In this document: positions 1-11,779 of the stretch, piece after piece | How positions within the stretch are numbered: position 1 is the first letter of the stretch | Layout of the letters: every line of letters starts with the position of its first letter | Source of the DNA: Mustelus asterias | Taxonomy: Eukaryota | Assembly: GCF_964213995.1 (NCBI RefSeq) | Contig: NC_135804.1 | Span: forward strand, 71,238,001 to 71,302,000 | Length of the DNA stretch: 64,000 nt | Reading direction: 5' to 3' | Translations under genes and position numbers: made by a program | Notes under the pieces: model-generated | The model's input: only the letters and a program-made list of their open reading frames with translations | What the model was told of the DNA's origin: nothing | Databases searched by the model: none

Positions 1-1291
1 AAGTATTCATTCATCACCTCGCCTATCTCTACTGATTCCATACACAAGTTCCCACCACTGTCCTTGACCGGCCCTAACCTCACCCTGGTCATTCTTTTAT
101 TCCTCACATAAGAGTAAAAAGCCTTGGGGTTTTCCTTGATCCGACCCGCCAAGGACTTCTCATGTCCCCTCCTAGCTCTCCTCAGCCCCTTTTTCAGCTC
201 GTTCCTTGCTAACTTGTAACCCTCAGTCGAGCCATCTGAACCTTGTTTCCTCATCCCTACATAAGCTTCCCTCTTCCTTTTCACAAGACATTCCACCTCT
301 TTTGTGAACCACGGTTCCCTCACTCGGCCATTTCCTCCCTGCCTGACAGGGACATACCTATCAAGGACACCCAGTATTTGTTCCTTGAAAAAATTCCACT
401 TTTCATCAGTGCCTTTCCCTGACAGTTTCTGTTCCCATCTTATGCCCCCTAATTCTTGCCTAATCGCATCATAATTACCTCTCCCCCAATTGTAAGCCTT
501 GCCCTGCCGTCCGGCCCTATCCCTCTCCATTGCAATAACAAAAGACACCGAATTGTGGTCACTATCTCCAAAGTTCTCTCCCACAACCAAATCTAACACT
601 TGGCCCGGTTCATTTCCCAGTACCAAATCCAATGTGGCCTCACCCCTTGTCGGCCTATCCACATATTGTGTCAGGAAACCCTCCTGCACACACTGCTCAA
701 AAAGTGCCCCATCCAAACTATTTGACCTACAAAGGTTCCAATCAATATTTGGAAAGTTAAAGTCCCCCATGACAACTACCCTGTGACCCCCACACGTATC
801 CATAATCTGCTTAGCAATTTCTTCCTCCACATCTCTATTACTATTTGGGGGCCTATAGTAAACTCCTAGCAACGTGACCGCTCCTTTCCTGTTTCTAACT
901 GCAGCCCATATTACCTCAGTGTGCATATCCCCCTCAAAGTGCTTTTCCGCAGCCGTTAAACTATCCTTGATTAACAATGCTACTCCTCCACCTCTTTTAC
1001 CAGCTTCCCTACACTTACTGAAACATCTATACCCCGGAACATCCAACAACCATTCCTGTCCTTGTTCTACCCACGTCTCCGTAATGGCCACAACATCGTA
1101 GTCCCAAGTAGCAATCCACGCCCCAAGTTCATCCACCTTGTTCCGGATGCTCCTTGCATTGAAGTAGACACACTTCAACCCATCTTCCTGTCTACCGGTA
1201 CCCACCCTTGACCTTGATACCTTCCCCAATACCTCACCACCCTCAACACTGACTTCTGGACTACAACTCCTTTTCCCACTCCCCTGACAAA

Positions 1292-2218
1292 TTAGTTTAA
1301 ATCCCCCTGAAGAGCCGTAGCAAATTTCCCTCCCAGGATATTGGTGCCCCTCTGGTTCAGGTGCACCCCCTCCTGTTTGTCGAGGTCCCACCTTCCCCAG
1401 AACGTGTTCCAATTATCCACGTATCTGAAACCCTCCCTCCTGCACCATCCCTGCAACCACATGTTTAAGTGCACTCTCTCCCTGTTCCTCAACTCGCTAT
1501 CACGTGGCACCGGTAGCGTACCAGAGATGACCACATGTTTTGTCTTTGCTCTCAGCTTCCAGCCCAGCTCCCGAAATTCCTGTTTTAAATCCCCGTCCCT
1601 TCTCTTACCTATGTCGTTGGTACCAATGTGTACCACGACTTGTGACTGTTTCCCCTCCCCCTTAAGAATCCGGAAAACACGGTCCGAGACGTCACGGACC
1701 CTGGCATCCGGTAGGCAACAAACCATCCTCGAGTCTCTTTTGCTGCCACAGAACCTCCTATCTATCCCTCTAACTAACGAGTCCCCAATAACTATTGCCC
1801 TCCCGCTCTCCTCCTTACCCTCCTGAGCCACAGGGACGGACTCAGTGCCGGAGATCCTCTCACTGCGGCTCACCACTGGTATGTCGTCCCCCTCAACCGT
1901 ATCCAAAGCGGAATACTTATTGCTAAGGGGAACGACCACAGGGGATCCCTGCACCGACTGCTTCTTCCCAGCCCCTCTCACCGTCACCCATCTATTTTCA
2001 TTCCGCGGAGTAACTGTATCCCTGAAGCTTCTGTCTATGGCCATCTCTGCATCCCTAATGATCCTAAGTTCCTCCAACTCCAGCTCCAGTTCCCTTACAC
2101 GGTTTTGGAGGAGCTGCAGATGGATGCACTTCTCACAGGTATAATCAGCAGGGACACTGACGTCGTCCCTCACCTCGAACATAGTGCAAGAGGAACATTG
2201 CACTGCCTTCACACCCAT
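1292..2218 (-). CDS. CR1 ORF1 protein (N-terminal CxxC...CxxC zinc finger, coiled coil, SGNH/GDSL esterase domain)
   Basis: 308-aa open ORF with CSSC...CEKC, a heptad region LQNRVRELELELEEL, and esterase motifs VIGDSLVR, VHIGTND and GVHLN. Confidence 0.9.
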   Translation of the reverse strand: MGVKAVQCSSCTMFEVRDDVSVPADYTCEKCIHLQLLQNRVRELELELEELRIIRDAEMAIDRSFRDTVTPRNENRWVTVRGAGKKQSVQGSPVVVPLSNKYSALDTVEGDDIPVVSRSERISGTESVPVAQEGKEESGRAIVIGDSLVRGIDRRFCGSKRDSRMVCCLPDARVRDVSDRVFRILKGEGKQSQVVVHIGTNDIGKRRDGDLKQEFRELGWKLRAKTKHVVISGTLPVPRDSELRNRERVHLNMWLQGWCRREGFRYVDNWNTFWGRWDLDKQEGVHLNQRGTNILGGKFATALQGDLN

Positions 2219-2400
2219 CCCCTCTAGATACCTTGCCAGTACCAGGTAGAAACAGCAAAAAATGAATTAACTCACCCCTGCTCGCCCAAGCCCTGTGAGC
2301 CAAAGCCCTACAGCTTTCACTCTGCCTCCTGCGCACTCTGCTGCCCGCTAACGATGCTGCCCGCTCAAAAGTGCGGCCTACTTTTAAACCCTCCAAAAAC

Positions 2401-2743
2401 GGCACGGTAGCACAGTGGTTAGCACTGCTGCTTCACAGCTCCAGGGTCCCGGGTTCGATTCCCGGCTCGGGTCACTGTCTGTGTGGAGTTTGCACATTCT
2501 CCTCGTGTCTGCGTGGGTTTCCTCCGGGTGCTCCGGTTTCCTCCCACAGTCCAAAGATGTGCGGGTGAGGTGGATTGGCCAGGTTAAAAATTGTCCCTTA
2601 GAGTCCTGGGATGCGTAGGTTAGAGGGATTAGCGGGTAAAATGTGTGGGGGTAGGGCCTGGGTGGGACTATGGTCGGTGCAGACTCGATGGGCCGAATGG
2701 CCTCCTTCTGCACTGTAGGGTTTCTATGTTTCTATGTTTCTAT
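2401..2743 (+). mobile_element. HE1-type tRNA-derived SINE
   Basis: tRNA-like head with A box (tagcacagtgg) and B box (ggttcgattcc), CR1-like (tttctatg)n tail, and TSD aaaaac on both sides. Confidence 0.9.
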
Positions 2744-3187
2744 AAAAACCTTCCCAGACTCCTGCTGGGCCCACTTCCTGTTTTAAAAAAAACCTCCGAT
2801 TTTTTACACAAATTTAACTTAAAATAAATAAATAAATGTCGTGAACAAACCAACTGCCTTCTCCTCAGCCTGGTCCTGTGGAACAATGAGCTTTGACAAA
2901 GAGTCATCTGGACTCAAAACATCAGCTCTTTTCTCTCCTTACAGATGCTGCCAGACCTGCTGAGAGCCACATTTTCTATTTTGGATGCAGCACAGTATTG
3001 AATATTTGGGAGCGAGAATTTCTGGGAGTTCCCATCCTTGACTTTCGATCCCATTAATTTCCTTGGATTCTCTTGGCATTGGATTAAACTTGAACAAGGC
3101 AACGTCCTGCTGATTAGCAATTACCAGATTCCCTCAGTTGAACGAGGCTTGTCCCTTGGCTTGATGGTAATGGAATATGGTAAGGGA

Positions 3188-3852
3188 TATACAAAGAACA
3201 AAGAACAAAGAACAATACAGCACAGGAACAGGCCCTTCGGCCCTCCAAGCCCGCGCCGCTCCCCGGTCCAGGATTGAATCCTGAATCCAGGATCCCCGCC
3301 CAATTTTCCAGCCTATCTACATACTAATATCCTATCCACCGAGCTGTCCCTCACAGCTACGATGCTTTGTTCATCACAACCTATTAGCTCACCCCACCCC
3401 ACCATTCCAGACCATGTGATCTCCAGGGAGAGGCGAAAACCCAGAGTGAAAACCCCAGGGCCAATATGGGGAAAAAAAATCTGGGAAATTCCTCTCTGAC
3501 CCCCTGAGGCGATCGAAACGAGTCCAGGAGATCACACTGGCCCTGATCGGAAAATGCTTCCCAACCCTATTCATTTCCACTTCCACGAACACCATATGAA
3601 TTCCCTGCCCCCGAGACAGGTTCCCAACTATCCGCAGTCTCGCTCTGTACTGGCACCAGCAAGTTGATCATAGAATGAAGCCTTGAAACGAGAAACAAAG
3701 AACAATTAGCCCGCGCCGCTCCCTGGTCCAAACTAAACCACTCTTTTGTATCCCTCCATTCCCACTCCGTTCATATGGCTGTCTAGATAAGTCTTAAACG
3801 TTCCCAATGTGTCCGCCTCCACCACCTTGCCCGGCAACACATTCCAGGCCCC
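3188..3852 (-). mobile_element. CR1 3' fragment with long structured 3' UTR (inverted copy of about 5660-6318)
   Basis: Reverse complement closely matches the 3' part of the CR1 at 5191-6318, including the (gttcttt)n tail. Confidence 0.85.
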
Positions 3853-3859
3853 CATGATA

Positions 3860-4230
3860 TGTCAGGTATGGATGTTACAGCTTGTGGTTGAACACAATTC
3901 TGCTGCTGCTAATAGTCCACAGCACCTCACAAATGCCCAGTTTTCAGCTGCTAGATCCGTCTCTGCTATTTGGCAGAGTTGTCAGTGCCATGTAACATGG
4001 TTGATAGTATTATACCTCAGTGTGAAGAATGGACTTTGTCTCCACAAGGACCTGTGTGGTCATTGCTCCGAACAATACTGTCATTAACAAATGCACCTGC
4101 CAGAAGTAGATTGGTGAGGATGAGGTCAAGTAGGTTTTTCCCTCCAGTTGGTTCCTTCACCACCTGCCACATGCCCAGTCTAGCAGATTGGTCCTCCAGG
4201 AATGTGCCAACTCGATAGTGGTGGTGCTAC
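3860..4230 (-). mobile_element. Old LINE (CR1/L2 group) endonuclease-region fragment
   Basis: Degenerate minus-strand reading resembling the endonuclease TRGKNLLDLILTN...SDH motif region. Confidence 0.55.
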
Positions 4231-4554
4231 TGAATCTTTGCTTCTCTTTGATTCGCTACGGCCATGCACTGGAATGAATTCTATGAATTTTGTGCCCTAA
4301 TTCTATCCCAGTGAATGTTCAACTAGTTCAAATGGCGAGTATTGCTTTCTTATTCTTTTTGAACTTTATAGCAATGTGTTGACATATTAATTCTTCCATC
4401 TCTCTCTCAGTGTGTGTGGGTCTATCGTACGCAGCCAGCAGTGTGATTTTCCCTTTGTTGTTGCTCAGTTTAAACCATATTGCCTCAGGTGATTCTTCAT
4501 CTCACAATTCTGATTAGATCTTGAAACAATATTGTAAGACCCACTCCTTTTTTT

Positions 4555-4896
4555 ATAGAATAGAATCATAGAAACCCTACAGTTCAGAAGGAGGCCATTC
4601 AGCCCATCGAGTCTGCACTGACCACAATCCCACCCAGGCCCTACCCCCACATATTTACCCGCTAATCCCTCTAACCTACGCATCTCAGGACTTTAAGGGG
4701 CAATTTTAGCATAGCCAATCAACCTAACCCGCACATCTTTGGACTGTGGGAGGAAACCGGAGCACCCGGAGGAAACCCACGCAGACACGAGGAGAATGTG
4801 CAAACTCCACACAGACAGTGACCCGAGCCAGGAATTGAACCCGGGACCCTGGAGCTGTGAAGCAGCAGTGCTAACCACTGTGCTACCGTGCCGCCC
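4555..4896 (-). mobile_element. HE1-type SINE
   Basis: Full reverse-complement match to the SINE at 2401. Confidence 0.9.
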
Positions 4897-5190
4897 ACTC
4901 TGTCTTGTCTATAAACTCTATAACCAGGAATGTTGAGCTGCCATTCCTGATCTTTTTTCAGTTACTCTCTCTGTGACCTCAGCTCATCTGTCGAATTGAG
5001 TGGACTCCTTGTACTGAATATTTATCTCTGATCACTGAATAATCCCATTGTTGTCTGATGTGGAACCTGCACCCAGAAACTTGTGACAAGGTCTGAACTT
5101 CCGAGGAGTGCCAATCAGAGAGGGATTGCCACTCCGCTTCAACTAACTTACACTAAAGTTACAACACCTTGGACACCCGACATTTGAACC

Positions 5191-6318
5191 TGGACTGGGA
5201 ATGAAAAGAGTGGAGAAGGTGGTGAAGAAGGCATATGGCATGCTTGCCTTTATAGGACGGGGCATAGAGTATAAAAGTTGGGGTCTGATGTTGCAGATGT
5301 ATAGAACCTTGGTTCGGCCGCATTTGGAATACTGCGTCCAGTTCTGGTCGCCACACTACCAGAAGGACGTGGAGGCTTTGGAGAGAGTACAGAGGAGGTT
5401 TACCAGGATGTTGCCTGGTATGGAGGGGCTTAGTTATGAGGAGAGATTGGGGAAACTGGGGTTGTTCTCCTTGGAAAGACGGAGGATGAGGGAGACTTAA
5501 TAGAGGTGTATAAAATTATGAAAGGCATAGATAGGGTGAACGGTGGGAAGCTTTTCCCCGGGTCGGTGGTGACGTTCACGAGGGGTCATAGGTTCAAGGT
5601 GAAGGGGGGGGAGGTTTAACACAGATATCAGAAGGACATATTTTACACAGAGGGTCGTGGGGGCCTGGAATGTGTTGCCGGGCAAGGTGGTGGAGACGGA
5701 CACACTGGGAACGTTTAAGACTTATCTAGACAGCTATATGAACGGAGTGGGAATGGAGGGATACAAAAGAGTGGTCTAGTTTGGACCAGGGAGCGGCGCG
5801 GGCTAATTGTTCTTTGTTTCTCGTTTCAAGGCTTCATTCTATGATCATCTTGCTGGTGCAAGTACAGAGCGAGACTGCGGATAGTTGGGAACCTGTCTCG
5901 GGGGCAGGGAATTGAGATGGTGTTCGTAAAGCAGAAGTGGAAATGAATAGGGTTGGGAAGCATTTTCTGATCAGGGCCAGTGTGATCTCCTGGACTCGTT
6001 TCGATCGCCACAGAGAGTCGGAGAGGAATTTCCCAGATTTTTTTTCCCCATATTGGCCCTGGGGTTTTCACTCTGGGTTTTCGCCTCTCCCTGGAGATCA
6101 CATGGTCTGGAATGGGGGGGTGGGGGTGAGTTAATAGGTTGTGATGAACAAAGCATCGTAGCTGTGAGGGACTGCTTGGTGGATAGGATATTAGGATGTA
6201 GATAGGCTGGAAAATTGGGCGGGGATCCTGGATTCAGGATTCAATCCTGGACCGGGGAGCGGCGCGGGCTTGGAGGGCCGAAGGGCCTGTTCCTGTGCTG
6301 TATTGTTCTTTGTTCTTT
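5191..6318 (+). mobile_element. CR1 LINE 3' fragment (ORF2 C-terminus plus long 3' UTR)
   Basis: VRPHLEYCVQFWSPHY...LFSLERRRMR motif with frameshifts, and a (gttcttt)n tail. Confidence 0.9.
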
Positions 6319-6798
6319 GAAAAGGTCAGCGGGTATGAGGCTATAAGGAGAGATTGAATAAACTGGGATTGTTCTCCCTCGAAATACAGAGGCTGAGGGG
6401 CCTGGGTACGCTGTGTTAGTGAGTTTCTTTGGCAGGCAGGACGGTGGTGACGACTCGCTAAGCAGCTTTGTGATGATGCCCTGGTGCAAAGTAGTCTGAC
6501 TCCTACCTATGCTCCGCATGCACGCTGGCACCTGGGCCCACATCTGGGATCACTGAACCCCAATACAGGGCCCCGGGGCAGGTGGGGTGGGGGAGGGGAG
6601 GGATTCTCTTGTGGGTTCTGAGGATGCCATGGCAGATGGTGTAAGTCACTGCCAATGCATACCAGCCACTGTAGCCCGTGATTCCTTTGAATGCTTTCAT
6701 TTTCTCAGTGACAGAACATTGGGCCTCCCACACTGACATCAACATGCAGGGTCCCTCCATCAGGGTAAGGACGTTCCTGTTTGGAACGTCCTTACACT

Positions 6799-7163
6799 GG
6801 GCGGCACGGTAGCACAGTGGTTAGCAGGGCGGCACGGTAGCACAGTGGTTAGCACTGCTGCTTCACAGCTCCAGGGACCTGGGTTCGATTCCCGGCTTGG
6901 GTCACTGTCTGTGTGGAGTTTGCACATTCTCCTCGTGTCTGCGTGGGTTTCCTCCGGGTGCTCCGGTTTCCTCCCACAGTCCAAAGATGTGCGGGTTAGG
7001 TTGATTGGCCATGCTAAAATTGCCCTTAGTGTCCTGGGATGCGTAGGTTAGAGGGGTTAGTGGGTAAATATGTAGGGATATGGGGGTAGGGCCTGGGTGG
7101 GATTGTGGTCGGTGCAGACTCGATGGGCCGAATGGCCTCTTTCTGTGCTGTAGGGTTTCTTTC
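6799..7163 (+). mobile_element. HE1-type SINE with a tandem duplication of its first 28 bp
   Basis: gggcggcacggtagcacagtggttagca occurs twice at the head, followed by the standard body. Confidence 0.9.
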
Positions 7164-9576
7164 TAAGTTTGAGCAAATCTGAGATAAATTAGTCACAGGT
7201 GGGTGGTGAAAAAACATTTATTGATGCCAACAGAAGTGTCTCGATGATAAGTGATAACATAAAAACATGTGAACAGGAGACATTAAAGTGCCTAAATACT
7301 CTACCCACCTAGTGCTGCCCTTCACCCATGCTATCTTAGTGCCGCTACAACTTCTTAACATTATGTAGCCCACCACCACATCTCGGTGTCTCCCGAGGAT
7401 ATATATCGGAGGTGGATATACCCAGCTGGTACCATGCCCCATGGTCTGTGATGCCCTTGGCGATCGTCCTCTGGAGGGCCTGGACCTTGAGGGCCCTGGC
7501 TGGTTTCCAGGTGTCTGGGATGTATCCATGACACCCTCTTCATCCTGCTGCCCTGAGATGCCTCGGTGTCAGGAAGGGGGGAGTCAGAAGGTGTAGCCAC
7601 AGCCACAGTCTCCTGGGGGGAAAGCCCCGGTATGGGCTTGAGCCCTTCCTCCTCCCTTGGGGTTTCTGTGGGCCCCTGGGTCCCTCTGTGGGACAGCGGT
7701 GTTTCTGCAGTGAGCTCCAGAAACTCTGGCATCATCTGGCCCTACCAGTCCTGGAGGATCACCTGGGTTCTACCCATGGTGTTTGAGCCCTCTGCGATGG
7801 TCACCTGAATTGGGGGCCACCTGTCAATGGCGACAGCAAGTGCCCTCTGAGACTGGGCCACATTCTGAAGGGCTGCTACCGTAGCCGACTGTGTCTCGGC
7901 GCTGTCTCGCATGATCTCTTGCAAGCTCTCGAGCCTCTCAGCCATGGGCTGCAGAATCTTGAGAAGCCTGTTGAGGACCTCAGCTGTGGCCTGCTGTAAT
8001 GGGCCGTGGCCCTCTGGGACTCCATTGTGGCCTGCTGTGACTCGGCCATCGTTTGGAACCTGCCACTCATGGTGAGGATCTCCTGCCCCAGGCTTTCCAC
8101 TGCGGACACCACCCTTGCAATGTTGGCCTGGGAACCAAGCAGACAGGCAATAGCTGGTCCGCGTGAAAGCTTTGGGACTCCTCCCAAAAACCTCTCAATC
8201 GGTCCAGTGTTGCTGTCAGCCCCTCCTGCATTCCCTGGCTCTGTTGCTGCCTTCCAGCAGCTGAGGGAGAAGTGATCGCAGATGGTGAATTGCGAGGTGG
8301 AAACTGACGCCAAACTGGTGCCAGCCACGGAGGTTTCTTCATCGGTTTGTCCGAAGAGTCTTCTGAGCTGTCAGGGGCAGGATGGGTGGCAACACAGTGG
8401 GGGCTGCGATGCCAGGTGACCCAAGCGCATCGGGTTCCCTTCCTGCAACACAAAACACAAAGTTAAGTGCAAGGGAGGGAGAGGAATCTGGGCTGCATGC
8501 AACTTACTTGACATTTCTCCATAACGTGGAGGATTGACAGGTGCTCACTCCTATGCTCCAGCCCGACAATGCTGTCACTTATCGCCTGCATCCCCTCCTG
8601 TTTGAGCAAATCTGAGACAAATTAATCACAAGTGGGTGGTGAAAAAACATTTATTGATGCCAATAGAAGTGTCTCGATGATAAGTGATAACATAAAAACA
8701 TGTGAACCGGAGACATTAAAGTGCCTAAATACTCTACCCACCTAGTGCTGCCCTTCACCCATGCTATCTTAGTGCCGCTCCTGTGCTTGTTCCTCAAAGG
8801 GGGTGAGGACTCAGATCTCGGGCGCACCACCCCCTGTCTTCACCCTCTCCTCGAGGTTATTGGCATTCTTCTCCTGTGGGGGAAGAAGGAGCCATGAAAA
8901 ATCTGATGGCACGAGTCCTGCAAGGTATCAGTGGGGTGGCCCTCAGAGGGCAAGCGCTGCGATACTCTTGGGGGGAAGGAGCGAGGTGCTTGGGGGGCAG
9001 GGGCTGAAAGCATGCAGGGTGTTGGGGGATCTGGGGATCACTTCGGGGAAAGATGCTAGATGTGATTAAATACTCACCCTTGTTGCCCAGATTAGGTCAT
9101 TCTTTTTTTTCCAGCACTCCTGGCCAGTGCCCTGGCACTAATGCACATGGCCGTATACTCCCAGGCTGCGTTTCCATCCCTTCCCCTGGGGCAACGTCCT
9201 GCTGGGGGGAGGAGGGTGTCCCGCCTCGCCCCCACCGCCTCCAGCAACCTGGCCAGGTCAGATTCAGAAAATATGGCTTCCTGGAGGCCATTCCTTCCTG
9301 CACTGCCTGCCTGTCTGTCCATCCTTGGGGTTTTTTTGGCACTCTCCTTTGTTAGGGCAGATCAGCTGCAGGCCCGTTAGAGCGTTCCAGTGAGTTTAAA
9401 GCAGTTTGCCTTGTTACCATGGAGGGGAAGCCAAGTCAGCACTTGCAGGTGTGCTGATGGAGTGGGGGGGGAATGATAAGGGGCCCATGTGCAGGTTGGT
9501 CTGGGGTGAGGGGGGTGGGTCTCTGATGTCCATGTGGGGGAGGGGGGGGGGGCGGTATCTGGCCCAGGAGGATTTT

Positions 9577-9899
9577 CACAGTAAGAAGTTTAACAACACC
9601 AGGTTAAAGTCCAACAGGTTTATTTGGTAGCAAAAGCCACACAAGCTTTCAGAGCTCTAAGCCCCTTCTTCAGGTGAGTGGGAATTCTGTTCACAAACAG
9701 AGCATATAAAGACACAGACTCAATTTACATGAATAATGGTTGGAATGCGAATACTTACAACTAATCAAGTCTTTAAGAAACAAAACAATGTGAGTGGAGA
9801 GAGCATCAAGACAGGCTAAAAAGATGTGTATTGTCTCCAGACAATACAGCCAGTGAAACTCTGCAGAGTTTACCCCAGTCCAACGCCGGCATCTCCACA
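9577..9899 (-). mobile_element. Penelope-like element terminal fragment with a hammerhead core
   Basis: Near-identical to 47257-47551. Flanked by the direct repeat ccaggaggatt. Minus strand has CUGAAGA..GAAA. Confidence 0.75.
9640..9676 (-). ncRNA. Minimal type I hammerhead ribozyme (Penelope-type)
   Basis: CAC-CUGAAGA-A-GGGGC-UUAGA-GCUCU-GAAA-GC-UU-GUG: conserved core, stem II, palindromic AAGCUU stem III, and CAC/GUG stem I. Confidence 0.65.
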
Positions 9900-10194
9900 C
9901 CAGGAGGATTCTGCCAGGAGAGCTAAGTTATTTTTCGTTTTTCTGCACATGTGCAGTTTGTGACTCCAATCTGAGCTGCAGGTTGTCTGGTGCATTAAGC
10001 CCCGCCTACTGCCTCTTGCGGCCAGAGACGGTCTAGCCCAAAATTTCAGAGACAGCGTGCATAAGATGGGCGCTAAAGCTCGCCCGAAAAATGGATCAGG
10101 AACTCTCCCCGTTTTCACGCTAACTGGACACTTCAAAAAAAATCCTGTAAAATTGCGCCTAATGTCTTTTTCACTCAGTCCCCAATTCTTTAGT

Positions 10195-11770
10195 CTCCTT
10201 CCATAAGAATATTTGAACTAGCAGCAGGAATCGGCAGTTCAGCCCCTCGAGTCTGTTCTGCCATTTAATATGATCATGGCTGATCTTTGCCTCAACTCCA
10301 CTTTTCTGTCCATTCTGCATAACCCTTCACCCTCTTATTCATAAAAGATCTGTCTTTTTCCTGTTTAAATTTACTCAATGTTCCAGCATCCACCATGCTC
10401 TGAGGTAGTGAATTCCACAGATTCATGACCATTTGAGAGAAATAATTTCTCCTAATCTGTTTTAAATCTGGCACGCTTCATCCCAAAAGTATAACCTCTT
10501 ATTCTAGATTTCCCCACAAGAAGAAACATCCTCTCCACATCGACTTTCTCTATACCTTTTATCATCTTATGTACTTCAATTCGATCTCCTCTCATTTTTC
10601 TTAACTCTCAAAGAGATATGGGAGGGATTTTACGACTTCGCTCAACCCAAGACTGGAAAATCCTACCTGAGGTCAACGGACATTTCCATTCTCCACATCT
10701 TGCCTGCTCCGATTCTGTGGTGGGCGCGGCGGTAGAATTCCAGTGGAAAGTCTAAACTGTTCAGTCTCTCTTCATAAGACAAACCTCTCCTCTCTAGAAT
10801 CAATCTCGAACCTTCTCTGAACTGCCTCCAATGCTTCCTTACACTCCCTTACTTTTATACTCCATTCCTTTAGCTATAAATGCAAAACTTCCATTTTCTT
10901 TCCTTATTACCTGCTGTATCTGCACACCAGTTTTCTGTGACTCATGCATGAAGATTCCTCTGCGCTGAAGCTCCACAAGTTTCTCTCCATTCAGATAATA
11001 AGTTGCCTTTCTATTTTTCCAACCAAAATGGATATCCTCACATTTATCCTTGTTAAACTTGGCATAGATAGGGTTGACAATCAGAATCTTTTTCCCAGAG
11101 TTGAAATGTCTTGTACTAGAGGGAAAGTTGATGTGTTGGGCCAGTTTTTTACACAGAGAATGATTGGTGTCTAGAATGCGCTGCCGGGGGTAGTAGTAGA
11201 GGCAGATATGATAGGGGCATTTAAGGGGCTTTTAGATAAGCACATGAATATGCAAAGAATAGACCATGGGCAGGCAGAAGGGATTAGTTTAATTTGGTGT
11301 CATGTTTGGCACAACATCATGGGCCAAAGGGCCTGTTGCTGTGCTGCACTGTTCTATGTTCTAACTCCATCTGCCACATTTCGGCCCATTCAATCAACCT
11401 ACCTATATCAATTTGTAAATTTCTTATTTCCTCATTGCAACTTACTATCCAACCTATTTTAGTGTCATCTGTAAATTTGGCTATAGTACCTTGTATCCCT
11501 GTATCCAAGTCATTCAAATATATTGTAAGTAGCTGGGACACGAGGACTGAACCTTGTGGCTCCCTCTAGTTACATCTTGCCTACCAGAAAAAGACCCAAT
11601 TTATCCTGACTTTCTGTCTTCTGTAATTTAAACTTTAACCTGGTGTTGTTAAACTTCTTATTCTGTAATTTAGTCAGTCTGCTATCCAAGCTAATAAATT
11701 ACCTCTAACCCTATGTGATCTTACCTTGTGAATTAACCTTCTGTGCGTCACCTTACCAAATGCCTCGGAA
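10195..11770. mobile_element. Old CR1 fragments (mostly minus strand) with a nested plus-strand CR1 3' end (about 11060-11360) and a small MITE (about 10620-10745)
   Basis: Degenerate CR1 motifs RRNYFSQMVMNLWNSLPQ and IYLNDLDTGIQGTIAKFTDDTKIG. Confidence 0.75.
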
Positions 11771-11779
11771 AATCCAATT

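Larger units (their letters stand above)
1..2840 (-). mobile_element. CR1 LINE, 5' portion (5' UTR, ORF1, endonuclease part of ORF2), running off the left edge; a SINE is inserted in the 5' UTR
   Basis: Minus-strand ORF2 reads LKCVYFNARSIRNKVDEL...DVVAITETW...GKRGGGVALLIKD (AP endonuclease) directly after ORF1. The 5' boundary is approximate. Confidence 0.9.
7167..10159 (-). mobile_element. Decayed Harbinger/PIF DNA transposon carrying a spliced Myb/SANT-like gene
   Basis: MASRKP/FSESDLARLLEAVGARRDTLLPP...NAAWE (Myb/SANT-like, frameshifted, about 9291-9078) with a gtgagt donor and further exons. The right end gtaaaattgcgcc is followed by TAA, the typical Harbinger TSD. The left boundary is not resolved. 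Confidence 0.7.

Noticed and set aside
2401-2470. tRNA genes at SINE heads
   Set aside because: They have A and B boxes but continue into SINE bodies; no independent tRNA gene.
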